A stretch of DNA of 64,000 nt from Candidatus Moraniibacteriota bacterium (lineage in GTDB: Bacteria > Patescibacteriota > Minisyncoccia > Moranbacterales > UBA1568), in NCBI GenBank assembly GCA_018061645.1, contig JAGOTT010000001.1, positions 65,090 to 129,089 on the forward strand, written 5' to 3'. The translations under genes were made by a program, and so were the position numbers. Within the stretch, counting starts at the first letter, position 1. Each line of letters begins with the position of its first letter. The notes beneath the pieces were generated by a model. The model did no database searches, was not told the origin of the DNA, and worked only from the letters and a program-made list of their open reading frames with translations. Below, piece by piece: positions 1 through 8,984 of this stretch.

Positions 1-85
1 GCATAGTTTTTCTTTTTGTCCTTTCGGTTCGATTATACACCGGGTTCGGTTTTCCGTATAGACCGTTTCCGTATATAATGGATGC

Positions 86-1201
86 ATGAATATCGTGATA
101 CAGGCGGCGGATCTCGATGCGGCGCGGGTGGACGGAACCCGCGTCTATTTGCGGGAGCTTCTGCGGCGGTTCGGGACGATCGCGACCGATGAACGGTTCA
201 CGATCTGTCATAAGGGGACATTCAATCCCGAGCTCGCACCGCCCGAATTTCCGAACTATTCTTTCGAGACGATTCCGGGGGAGCGGCTCTGGATGCAGAC
301 GGGATTCGCGAAACGGCTCTTCGAACTTCGTCCGGAGAAGGTGTTTATACCGCTTCAGGCGGTGCCGGTCGCGACGCCGCAGGGGACGGAGATTATCGCG
401 ACGGTGCACGACCTCGCCTTCCGGTATTTCCCGAAGACCTTTCCGGTTGCCGCACGCGCGAAACTCAACCTCCTCCTCGGCGTGATGGTCCGCAAGGCGG
501 GGAAGATCATCGCGGTGTCCGAGGCGACGAAGCTCGATCTCATAAAATTCTTCCCCGATATCCCGAGCTCGCGGATACGGGTGATCCATCACGGCGTGAA
601 CGCGGACACCTATTCCCGCGTCGTCGGAGACGGCGAGATGGCGGAGGTGCTTTCGAAGTACGGACTCGAGCGCGAAAGCTATGTGCTCTATGTCGGGGCG
701 ATCCAACCGCGCAAGAACCTGGTCCGGCTCGTGTCGGCTTTCGAGGCGGCGAAGCGGCGACACCCGGAAATGAAACTCGTCATCGTCGGTGAGAAGGCGT
801 GGCTCTCGGATGCGATCGTCGCCCGGATGGAACGGAGTCCGAACGCCGAAGACATCATCCGGACGGGCAAGGCGCCGTTCTCCGAGCTGCCGGCCTGGTA
901 TCAGGGCGCACGCCTGTTCGCGTTCCCGTCGCTCTATGAGGGGTTCGGGTTACCGCTTCTCGAGGCGTTCGCCGCCGGCACGCCGGTCTTATCCGGGAGC
1001 ATCTCATCGCTTCCGGAAGTGGGTGGGGATGCGGCGCTCTATGCCGATCCGCATATCGACGGCGATATCGCGAAAAAACTTCTCATGTTGTGGGAGGATG
1101 CGGATCTCCGTGATCTGCTCCGTGCGCGCGGAAGGGAGCGTGTGAAACTTTTCTCCTGGGATCGATGTGCAGAAGAGACACTTTCGTATATCCGGGAATG
1201 A
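86..1201 (+). CDS. Glycosyltransferase family 4 (GT1/GT4 fold)
   Basis: 371 aa ORF; C-terminal motif EGFGLPLLEAFAAGTPV typical of GT4 retaining glycosyltransferases; high GC3. Confidence 0.85.
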   Translation: MNIVIQAADLDAARVDGTRVYLRELLRRFGTIATDERFTICHKGTFNPELAPPEFPNYSFETIPGERLWMQTGFAKRLFELRPEKVFIPLQAVPVATPQGTEIIATVHDLAFRYFPKTFPVAARAKLNLLLGVMVRKAGKIIAVSEATKLDLIKFFPDIPSSRIRVIHHGVNADTYSRVVGDGEMAEVLSKYGLERESYVLYVGAIQPRKNLVRLVSAFEAAKRRHPEMKLVIVGEKAWLSDAIVARMERSPNAEDIIRTGKAPFSELPAWYQGARLFAFPSLYEGFGLPLLEAFAAGTPVLSGSISSLPEVGGDAALYADPHIDGDIAKKLLMLWEDADLRDLLRARGRERVKLFSWDRCAEETLSYIRE

Positions 1202-1303
1202 TGTTCAGGGAACGGGGAACAAGAAACAAGAGGATGTTTATTTAAGAATCACGTGAAAACGGTATCCTGCGAAAGGATGCCGTTTTTTCCTTGTTTCTCG
1301 GTT

Positions 1304-1750
1304 TCAATCTCTTCGGAAGAAGATCTTCCAGAAGAGATAGGCGATACCGAAGATACCGCCGATGATGATCGGCACGACCCAGGATGGAAAGCCGATCGAC
1401 GCGAGCGTGAGGAGGAATGCGAACCAGGTTATCCCGATCCAGGCGAGCGGGTTCTTCTTGTCGGGCGAGAGAGGGAACGACGCGCCGAGGTGTCTCCCGA
1501 GAAAGCCGGCCAGGGCGATCATGAGGATGATGACGATGAGCGGCTTCGCGAGGTTCATCCGGAAGGTGACGATTCCCGGAAGGATCGCTTCCGCGGTGAG
1601 GACGAGCGCGAACGCGAAGAGCGAAAACTCGACCGCTTCGAGCAGGAGCGCATAGATGACAGGCAGATACGGATGCGAGAAAGCCGTGATCTTTTCGCGG
1701 ATTTTCCGTAGGGAGGATTTTCTCATAGCGGGTTTTTTATCGCTGGTCAC
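1304..1750 (-). CDS. Small polytopic membrane protein, unknown function
   Basis: 148 aa, ~4 predicted TM helices; overlapping + strand ORF is acidic antisense-like. Confidence 0.5.
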   Translation of the reverse strand: MTSDKKPAMRKSSLRKIREKITAFSHPYLPVIYALLLEAVEFSLFAFALVLTAEAILPGIVTFRMNLAKPLIVIILMIALAGFLGRHLGASFPLSPDKKNPLAWIGITWFAFLLTLASIGFPSWVVPIIIGGIFGIAYLFWKIFFRRD

Positions 1751-1757
1751 GTATCAT

Positions 1758-2918
1758 TTACCTGTCTCCATACACCGTCTTGAAACGTTCCCGGATCTGA
1801 TTCGCGAACAGGGAGAAATTCGTGCGGTTCGGACTTGTGCTGAATGTCGCCTGAAGCGTCGCCGCGCGGATCGTTTCCGGAACGGAAACGGATATCTCGA
1901 AACTTCCGCCGGGAAGATCCCGGAGCGTTTCAATCGGCATATCGCAGAAGTAGGTTCGGCGGAGCGAAAACACGGTGCGTCTGAGTGTGCAGGAGGCATA
2001 TCGATCCAGGGCATCTTCGGAAGCCGCGATCGGCTTCGAAACCGCGTGGAGCGACGCGAGGGAATCGTCATGGACAATCGGTCGTCTTTTCCCGTTTTCG
2101 ATGAGGAAGTACCGCTTCGTCTTCGTGTCGGAAAAAAAGGTTCCGTCCGGCTGTGGAGCATCGAAGAGCATTATTTTCCCGCGTTCGTGAAAGCGTATCT
2201 CTTCCTCGTCCGCCGGAACCACACTATCCCAATCGAACCCGAGCGATTCGAATATGGCGGTGCTGCCGATTGGTCGGGCCCGACCCGACCCGTCGATCGC
2301 GTAGACGCCTTCCATATCGGAAAGAAGCGTGCCCGGACGGAACCCCTCGAGGTCTTCTTTGGGTGGGAATATCCTGAGGAGATCTTCGTTTGCGGGAAGG
2401 ATATCCTCCTTCGGAAACCACGAGAGAGCCGCTCGATCCGAGAGGAAGGGTCGGAGCGTGCCATCCGAAAAGAAGTATGCCGTCTTGTCCACGACGAATC
2501 CGCGATCTTTCGTGGCGGCGACGATCGGCTCTCCCTCGGGATAGAAAAACGAACGGTAGGATTTCCGGACGGAAATTTCGGGATTCCGATCCGGCCGCGG
2601 CGAGTCTTTCTCGAGCGTCAGTTCGACGCGGATCGATGAAAACATTCCGACTGTTCCGGCGTATGTGACGAACGTCGAATCCTTCGGGAAGTTTCCTTTC
2701 CTTGCCTCGGTTCCGTCGCGCGTTTTCGGTATCTCGAGGCTGTTCGACGAGGCATTCGGATTCTCGAATGAAAAGAGGAAGTGCTGCGAAGGGAATATCA
2801 TCCGGTAGCCGAAAACCGTTCCCGCCCCGATGAAAACGAGGATGAGCGCTGTGCGGAGAACACGGAACCGGTTACGGAGCGGTTTCGGGACAATCGGAAT
2901 CGGGTCGAAGAGGATCAT
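1758..2918 (-). CDS. Membrane-anchored hypothetical protein (N-terminal signal anchor, extracytoplasmic domain)
   Basis: 386 aa; N-terminal TM segment ALILVFIGAGTVFGY; overlapping + ORF is R-rich antisense-like. Confidence 0.5.
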   Translation of the reverse strand: MILFDPIPIVPKPLRNRFRVLRTALILVFIGAGTVFGYRMIFPSQHFLFSFENPNASSNSLEIPKTRDGTEARKGNFPKDSTFVTYAGTVGMFSSIRVELTLEKDSPRPDRNPEISVRKSYRSFFYPEGEPIVAATKDRGFVVDKTAYFFSDGTLRPFLSDRAALSWFPKEDILPANEDLLRIFPPKEDLEGFRPGTLLSDMEGVYAIDGSGRARPIGSTAIFESLGFDWDSVVPADEEEIRFHERGKIMLFDAPQPDGTFFSDTKTKRYFLIENGKRRPIVHDDSLASLHAVSKPIAASEDALDRYASCTLRRTVFSLRRTYFCDMPIETLRDLPGGSFEISVSVPETIRAATLQATFSTSPNRTNFSLFANQIRERFKTVYGDR

Positions 2919-2937
2919 AAAGGAGAGTCCATTAAGT

Positions 2938-2960
2938 TCATAAAGTCTATAAAGTTTATC
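2938..2960. repeat. Left inverted repeat flanking four-helix-bundle gene A (cataaagtctataaagtttatc)
   Basis: reverse complement ctttatagacttt matches ctttacggacttt at 3342-3358 (11/13). Confidence 0.5.
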
Positions 2961-2980
2961 AAGCCCATCAAGAGGAAACT

Positions 2981-3328
2981 TTAAGCAAGTCTTTTTATAA
3001 ACCCGGAGAGCATTCTTGATATTTCAACGGATTGCCCATACAGAGTATCAAACTTTCTTTGATTTATGTATCCGAGGTCGAGTGCTATATACAGCATGGA
3101 TCGGACTTCGCCGCTGGAGCCTTTTGCTATGAAAAGAAAATTTTTCAATTCCTTATCACTCTTACGTTCGAATCCTTCGGCGATATTGTTCATGACGGAG
3201 ACAGCTGCTCTCTGAATCTGATCGCGGAATCCGTAGTCTTTCATCTGCGAAAAAATACCGTATATGTCCGAGACGAGAATTCTTGACTTCTTCCATGCCT
3301 CGATGTCTTCGAACGTTTGTATACTCAT
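2981..3328 (-). CDS. Four-helix-bundle protein (23S rRNA intervening-sequence protein family, TIGR02436/PF05635-like)
   Basis: 115 aa; motifs QIQRAAVSVMNNIAEGF and FLFIAKGSSGEVRSMLYIA; paralog of ORFs at 39898, 41672, 50352. Confidence 0.9.
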   Translation of the reverse strand: MSIQTFEDIEAWKKSRILVSDIYGIFSQMKDYGFRDQIQRAAVSVMNNIAEGFERKSDKELKNFLFIAKGSSGEVRSMLYIALDLGYINQRKFDTLYGQSVEISRMLSGFIKRLA

Positions 3329-3341
3329 GGGATTTTCTTTC

Positions 3342-3358
3342 GACTTTACGGACTTTTT
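3342..3358. repeat. Right inverted repeat flanking four-helix-bundle gene A
   Basis: gactttacggacttttt; partner of 2938-2960; overlaps last codons of GT-C gene 3346..5154. Confidence 0.5.
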
Positions 3359-5154
3359 AACTCAAAGAGGACGGCATCCTGTTCCATGTGCCTTATTGAA
3401 GGGAAGCCGATGTTTCGAAGCGGAAGCGTTTCCAACTGTTCGGTCGAAAACGTGAACGCGGAGACGAATTCGAACGAGACGGGCATTCCTTCCCATTTCT
3501 CGAAAGATCCGAGCGGTGTCAGCAGATAGATATGTTCGTATCCGTCCTTTGCCATTTTCGCATAATCTTCCGGATTGAAGAAATAGGCGGCATTTTTTCC
3601 ATGGAGGAACCGGAGCGGACCGGAGGGAATGGAGAAATGATCCCCGGTCGTATCGCGATCCATGAGGAGCAGGTCGTGAGCGCCCACGAGCGGTGCTATT
3701 TCGGCGGTCGTCCCGAGGAATCCGCGGTTGTCCGCGAAGGGGAACACCCGGACCGATGTCGGAATCGCGAGTAGGAGGACGAAGAGACAGATGCCGATCG
3801 CGGTTACGTTTCCGATCCGAGCGCGTTTTTCGGTGAGTACAAAGAGCGCGAACGTCCCCGAAAGAAGAAGTGCGGGAAACGCGAACGGAAGGAAGCGGCG
3901 GAGCATCCACGGATGGTCGTGCGTGATGTTCGGATCGACGAAATAGAGGAAGGTCGGGAGCGCGAGGAGCGCCGGGATGAGCGGCACGAAGCGTCTTTTC
4001 CGGAGCAGGAAAACGATGCCGGCGAATCCGAGAACGAAAATCGGCAGGAGTCCGTAGGTAGCGAAGAGTTTCCAGAGCGCGAACGAGGTTCCGGCGCTAT
4101 CCCCGAGTGCGGCCATGTCGGTTCCGGAGAGCGAGGAGAGGTTTTTGAGGAGAGCCTTCGCCATTACGGTGTAGAAGGGGAGATTCGCGGAGAAGTTGAT
4201 GAGGAGCACCGTAAGAGCGAAGAGAAGAGGAGCGGTTCGGAAGAACGTTTTCCGTGGCGCGACGAATTCGCGTCCCTGTCGCGAGAGGAAGAGGATGCCG
4301 AGCGCGATGCCGAGCGCCCAGATACCTTCGATGCGGGTGACGGCGAGCAAAAGCGCCGAGAAATACGCGCCGAGAAAAAAACTCGCGCGGTTCTCGCGGA
4401 GAAAAAGGATGAGGTTGAGCGAGAGGAAGAGGAAGAGGAAGAGCGCGGCGTTTTCGGTGAGCGTGAATTTTACGAACCAGGAAGGGAGGAATGATGCGGC
4501 GAAAATCGCCGTGGCGCCTATCGCGTACCGTTCGCCCGTGAGGGTGCGGACGAGGATGAATATCGAGAGGATGGAGAGCGAAAGGAGGATGCCGTTGCCG
4601 ACACGAAAGCCGTCTATTCCGAAAAACGCCGTGAACGCGGCGAGCCATGACGTGTAGCCGAGCGGAAACTGGGTCAGAAGCGACCCGTCTTCGGCATAGA
4701 AGAATCCCGGGAAGTGTAACGCCTGTCCCTTGCCATAGATGGCGGAAAACGTTCCGCTTGCCGGATGCGAGAACGAAAGTGATCCGGTTCGGACAAGCTC
4801 GAAGGCCGCCTCGCTGATGGACCCCTGATCGCGCCCGGAGAAGACCGTCGGTTCGGCGAAATACATGAGAGAAACGGAATACAGGATAGCGAGAACGAGA
4901 ACGATCTTCGCGGACAGGTTTTCTTTCGTGATCCATTTTCGTGCGGACATGAACGCACCCACACCCATGATGACGGCGAACAGCATGAGCAGGCGCGGAG
5001 AAAAGAACCCCGCGACCGCGAGGAAATAGGTGGACCACCAGAAAAGGAGGAAGCCGAACGCGAAAAACGAGAATCGCGCGGCCTGCATGAGTCGTTGGTC
5101 GTCGTGTTCCATGTAGGGAGTATAGCGGAGACGGCAGCTTTTTTCAATTTGCAA
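3346..5154 (-). CDS. Polytopic GT-C fold membrane glycosyltransferase (PMT/ArnT, GT39-like)
   Basis: 602 aa, >10 TM helices, large C-terminal soluble domain; family resemblance to paralogs at 44475-52308. Confidence 0.55.
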   Translation of the reverse strand: MQIEKSCRLRYTPYMEHDDQRLMQAARFSFFAFGFLLFWWSTYFLAVAGFFSPRLLMLFAVIMGVGAFMSARKWITKENLSAKIVLVLAILYSVSLMYFAEPTVFSGRDQGSISEAAFELVRTGSLSFSHPASGTFSAIYGKGQALHFPGFFYAEDGSLLTQFPLGYTSWLAAFTAFFGIDGFRVGNGILLSLSILSIFILVRTLTGERYAIGATAIFAASFLPSWFVKFTLTENAALFLFLFLSLNLILFLRENRASFFLGAYFSALLLAVTRIEGIWALGIALGILFLSRQGREFVAPRKTFFRTAPLLFALTVLLINFSANLPFYTVMAKALLKNLSSLSGTDMAALGDSAGTSFALWKLFATYGLLPIFVLGFAGIVFLLRKRRFVPLIPALLALPTFLYFVDPNITHDHPWMLRRFLPFAFPALLLSGTFALFVLTEKRARIGNVTAIGICLFVLLLAIPTSVRVFPFADNRGFLGTTAEIAPLVGAHDLLLMDRDTTGDHFSIPSGPLRFLHGKNAAYFFNPEDYAKMAKDGYEHIYLLTPLGSFEKWEGMPVSFEFVSAFTFSTEQLETLPLRNIGFPSIRHMEQDAVLFELKSP

Positions 5155-5177
5155 AAGGGGGTTCCGAAAGGTAGAAT
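5149..5177 (+). promoter_or_regulatory. Candidate sigma70-like promoter (TTGCAA-17-TAGAAT) for Clp-like ATPase gene, possibly leaderless
   Basis: ttgcaa at 5149-5154, tagaat at 5172-5177, 17-nt spacer, ATG at 5184. Confidence 0.3.
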
Positions 5178-5183
5178 GGAAGC

Positions 5184-7649
5184 ATGTTTTTCCCGATCTC
5201 CTATTTCTTCTGGCACTACGCGAAAGGATTCGCTTCGGCGCTTTCGGCGTGGCTCAATATCTTCCGTGCATTCCTGCGTATTTTCGGTGTCGGGGAGCTG
5301 CTTATGACGCTCGTTTCTCCGTGGAAACGCGACGTGACACCGAAGACCTGGATCGGTTTCCAGCCGCTTGCGACGGTCAATCGCCTGCTCATGAACGCTT
5401 TTTCGCGGATGATGGGGGCGATCGTCCGGTCGATCGTCATAGTCGTGGGCGCGGTCGTTCTCGGAATCACGATTGTCGTGGGCGCCGCGTTCGTGATCGT
5501 CTGGTTCCTCTCGGTGCCGGTGTTCCTGTTTCTCCTCTTCCAGCTTTCGGTCCGTGGGGATCTTTGGCGTGCGGAGCAGATCGTGCTGCTCGTTTCCGGC
5601 ATCGGTACGGCACTGTCGCTTCTCTCATACGTCTCACGGCTGCCGGCGTCGTTTCTTCCGGAAAACCGTGGCGATCTTTTCGGTATGGCGTATTTTCCTC
5701 GCGTGCTCGGTCGCCTGGGAATCCGGAAGAAGGATTTCCGCCGGGCGGACTGGGAAAGTGACGATGCCTTCACGAAGCGGCTTTCGGAGCTGAATATCCC
5801 CAAGGAGACATTCGATGGTATCGTCGCGCATGAAGCGGCGGCGGCGGAACGCCGTGCCCGGCGCGGCAAGCCGTTCCTGTGGGAAAATCTTCGCAAGTCC
5901 GTCCCGATCGGTCGCGGTTGGAGGTATGGCTATACCGTGAAGCTCGACCGATACTGCACGGATCTTTCGAAGTCCGATTCCTCCGAATATTCCCGCCTAC
6001 ACCTTTTCGGTCGCGAGGATGAATTCCGTGTGACGACGCTTGTCATGGCGCGTCCCCAGCAGAACAGTGTCCTGCTCGTCGGCGATGCCGGTATCGGAAA
6101 GAAGACGTTTGTTCATTCGCTCGCACGGAAGATCCGCGAGGGGGATCTGCCCGCATACGAGCATCTCCGTTTCCTCGTCTTCGATCTCGGAACCGCGGTC
6201 GGCGATGCCATGAACCGCGACGATGATGTCGAAAACGCGCTCCGGGTGCTGTTCATGCAGGCGGCCTATGCGGGGAACGTCGTCCTGGTCATCGACCATA
6301 TCGATACGTTTCTCGGCGGTGATCCGAATCATCCGAACCTCGCGCCGCTCTTTTCGGAATTTCTCGCCTTACCCACCTTCCGGGTCATCGGACTCATCGG
6401 AGCGGGGAAGTATCACGATCTCGCGCGGACGGACGAACCGGCACTCAAATTCTTCGAGGCGGTCTATCTCCGCGAACCGGACGAGACCGAGACGCGGGAA
6501 ATCCTGCTCAACATACTCGAGCCCGAAGAGCGGAGCGGCGTGCTTTTCACCTGGAAGGCGCTTCAGTCGATCGTCGAACTGTCCGGACAATACGAATGGG
6601 ATGTTCCGTATCCGGAGAAGGCGCTCGACCTCGCGCAGGAGACTTTGCTTCATTACCGGGCGTCTCCGGACGGGTCGTTCATCACTCCCGCGACCGTTCA
6701 GGCCTTCGTCTCGATCAAGACCGGTGTCCCGGTCGGCAGTCTCGGCGAGGACGAAAAGGATCGTCTGCTTCGTCTCGAGGAGATCATGCATGCCCGGGTC
6801 GTCGGACAGGAAGATGCCGTTCGACAGGTCGCGGAATCGATGCGCCGTGCCCGCGCGGGGTTCGGCAACCCGAAACGTCCGCTCGGTTCGTTCCTTTTCC
6901 TCGGCCCGACCGGTGTCGGAAAGACCGAGACCGCGAAAGCGCTCGCCGAAGCGTATTTCGGCGGTGAAGACCGGATGGTGCGGATCGATATGAGCGAGTT
7001 CCAGGGCCCGGACGCGGCCGAGCGACTCATCGGATCGAGCGTTTCGGGCGAAGAGGGACAGCTTACCGCGATCATGAAGGAGCACCCGTTTTCCGTCCTG
7101 CTTCTCGACGAGATCGAAAAGGCGTATCCGAAAGCGCTCGATATCTTTCTTCAGATCATCGACGAGGGATTCGTGACCGACGGATTCGGCAGGAAGATCA
7201 ATTTCCGCAAATGCATCATCATCGCCACTTCGAACGCGAGCTCCGCCCTCATAGCCGAGTTGCTCGGACACGGGGCGACCCCGGAACAGGCGAAAAAGGA
7301 AGTCGTGGCGGACATCGCGAAACAGGGGACGTTCCGGATGGAATTCATGAACCGTTTCGACGGACTCATCTTCTTCTCGTCGCTTTTGCCTGCGGAACTT
7401 TCATCCGTCGTCTCGATCAAACTCGCCGGACTCGCAGCCAGGATCAAAAAGGAGAAGAACATCACGCTCTCGTTCGGTGACGGTGTCGCGGACACGATCG
7501 TCTCCCGCGGGTATGAGCCGGAATTCGGCGCCCGGTCGCTCAACCGCTACCTGGAAGACAAGGTCGAGGATCTTATCGTCCGGAAGGTGCTCACGGGAGC
7601 CGTGAAGGAGGGCGGGAGCTGCGAGATTTCCGTTGTCGATCTCCTGTAA
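5184..7649 (+). CDS. Membrane-anchored Hsp100/Clp-family double AAA+ ATPase (ClpB/ClpC-like, D1 degenerate)
   Basis: 821 aa; N-terminal ~120 aa with 2 TM helices; D1 Walker A GDAGIGKKT and Walker B IDHID (no catalytic Glu); D2 GPTGVGKTETAKALAE and LLLDEIEKA intact; no IGF ClpP loop seen. Confidence 0.8.
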   Translation: MFFPISYFFWHYAKGFASALSAWLNIFRAFLRIFGVGELLMTLVSPWKRDVTPKTWIGFQPLATVNRLLMNAFSRMMGAIVRSIVIVVGAVVLGITIVVGAAFVIVWFLSVPVFLFLLFQLSVRGDLWRAEQIVLLVSGIGTALSLLSYVSRLPASFLPENRGDLFGMAYFPRVLGRLGIRKKDFRRADWESDDAFTKRLSELNIPKETFDGIVAHEAAAAERRARRGKPFLWENLRKSVPIGRGWRYGYTVKLDRYCTDLSKSDSSEYSRLHLFGREDEFRVTTLVMARPQQNSVLLVGDAGIGKKTFVHSLARKIREGDLPAYEHLRFLVFDLGTAVGDAMNRDDDVENALRVLFMQAAYAGNVVLVIDHIDTFLGGDPNHPNLAPLFSEFLALPTFRVIGLIGAGKYHDLARTDEPALKFFEAVYLREPDETETREILLNILEPEERSGVLFTWKALQSIVELSGQYEWDVPYPEKALDLAQETLLHYRASPDGSFITPATVQAFVSIKTGVPVGSLGEDEKDRLLRLEEIMHARVVGQEDAVRQVAESMRRARAGFGNPKRPLGSFLFLGPTGVGKTETAKALAEAYFGGEDRMVRIDMSEFQGPDAAERLIGSSVSGEEGQLTAIMKEHPFSVLLLDEIEKAYPKALDIFLQIIDEGFVTDGFGRKINFRKCIIIATSNASSALIAELLGHGATPEQAKKEVVADIAKQGTFRMEFMNRFDGLIFFSSLLPAELSSVVSIKLAGLAARIKKEKNITLSFGDGVADTIVSRGYEPEFGARSLNRYLEDKVEDLIVRKVLTGAVKEGGSCEISVVDLL

Positions 7650-7683
7650 AATGAAATTTGAAAAATCAAAAATAAGAATTATC

Positions 7684-7716
7684 GTGTCCGCCAAGGACGG
7701 ACTCCTTTATTTTTCA
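7684..7716 (+). terminator. Putative rho-independent terminator after Clp-like gene
   Basis: hairpin gtgtccgccaaggacggac followed by T-rich tract. Confidence 0.4.
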
Positions 7717-7718
7717 TT

Positions 7719-8984
7719 TTGATATTTACGTTTCGCATTTCGTCCCAACGCGAAAAACATGATGATACGAATATGTTTTCGAGCAAGAAAAGCCTGAAAA
7801 TACTGATGATCGCCCCGACACCGTTTTTCGCGGATCGGGGAACGCATATCCGCATTCTCGAGGAAGCGCTCGCCTTGCGGCGGCGCGGGCACGAGGTCAC
7901 GATAGCGACCTATCATATCGGGAACGACCTTCCGGAAGAAACAGCGAACGGAATCGACGTGCGTCGGATCCGGAGGCTCCTCTTCTGGTACAAGAAACTC
8001 GAAGCGGGACCGGACTGGCAGAAGATCATCCTCGACCTCATGCTCATCCGAAAGACATTTTTTCTCGCGCGAACCTGGAAGCCGGATATCATCCATGGAC
8101 ATCTCCACGAAGGCGTCCTCATCGGATGGATCGTGAAGCGTGCGCTTTTTTGGAGGAATATGAGACTCGTCGCGGATTTTCACGGGAGCCTGACGAAGGA
8201 GATGGTCTCGCACGAGTATCTCGGAGGCGGACTCCTCCGGAAGGTTTTCGAGCGGATCGAGCGGGTTATCGACAACCTCGGCGACGCGGCGGTCGCGAGC
8301 TCGTGGACCAATGCCGCCGATATATCGCGTATCCGGCGACGCGGCGGCGTCGAAGTCGCGCTCGACGGTGCCAGGATGCATGATCGTCTTGACGCGGAAA
8401 AACGTCTGCTTGTCCGCGAGAAGCACGGTATTCCGGCCGACGCGACGGTTATCGTCTATACCGGTGCCTTCATCGCCAACAAAGGGATCAAAGCGCTCGT
8501 CGGAGCGATGCCTTCGGCGCTTGCACGTGACGGAAACCTTTTTTTCGTAGTCGCCGGGTTTCCCCGCAACGAGCTTGAACCGCTCCTCGAGGAACAGGAA
8601 ATCCGTTCCCGCGTCAAGATCATAAGCCCTCTCCCGTATTTCGAACTCGGGGAAATCCTCGGGATGAGCGATATCGCGATCGATCCGAAACGCGACGGGA
8701 CGGGGCAGGCGAGCGGAAAGATGCTTCAGTACATGGGAGCGGAGCTGCCGGTGGTCTGTTTCGACACGCGGAACAACCGTGAGTACCTCGGCGACGGGGG
8801 AGTATTCGCGACGGACGATACCACCGAAGCGCTCGCGGATGCGATCGTCGCACTTTCCGCGCGCCGTGACGACTGGGAGAAACTCGGCGGAGACAACGGT
8901 ATCCGTGCGCATGCGTTCAGTTGGGATAAGACCGGTGAAAAATTGGAAGGAATCTATGAAATTGTTTCTCGTAAAGATCGGTAA
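7719..8984 (+). CDS. Glycosyltransferase family 4
   Basis: 421 aa (start may be second Met at ~7773); GT4-like N-domain and C-domain; antisense 462-aa ORF rejected. Confidence 0.8.
   Translation: MIFTFRISSQREKHDDTNMFSSKKSLKILMIAPTPFFADRGTHIRILEEALALRRRGHEVTIATYHIGNDLPEETANGIDVRRIRRLLFWYKKLEAGPDWQKIILDLMLIRKTFFLARTWKPDIIHGHLHEGVLIGWIVKRALFWRNMRLVADFHGSLTKEMVSHEYLGGGLLRKVFERIERVIDNLGDAAVASSWTNAADISRIRRRGGVEVALDGARMHDRLDAEKRLLVREKHGIPADATVIVYTGAFIANKGIKALVGAMPSALARDGNLFFVVAGFPRNELEPLLEEQEIRSRVKIISPLPYFELGEILGMSDIAIDPKRDGTGQASGKMLQYMGAELPVVCFDTRNNREYLGDGGVFATDDTTEALADAIVALSARRDDWEKLGGDNGIRAHAFSWDKTGEKLEGIYEIVSRKDR

Noticed and set aside
1253-1711. 152-aa acidic ORF on plus strand
   Set aside because: Antisense of a hydrophobic membrane-protein ORF (1304..1750 minus). 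Glu/Asp/Arg-rich pattern typical of antisense.
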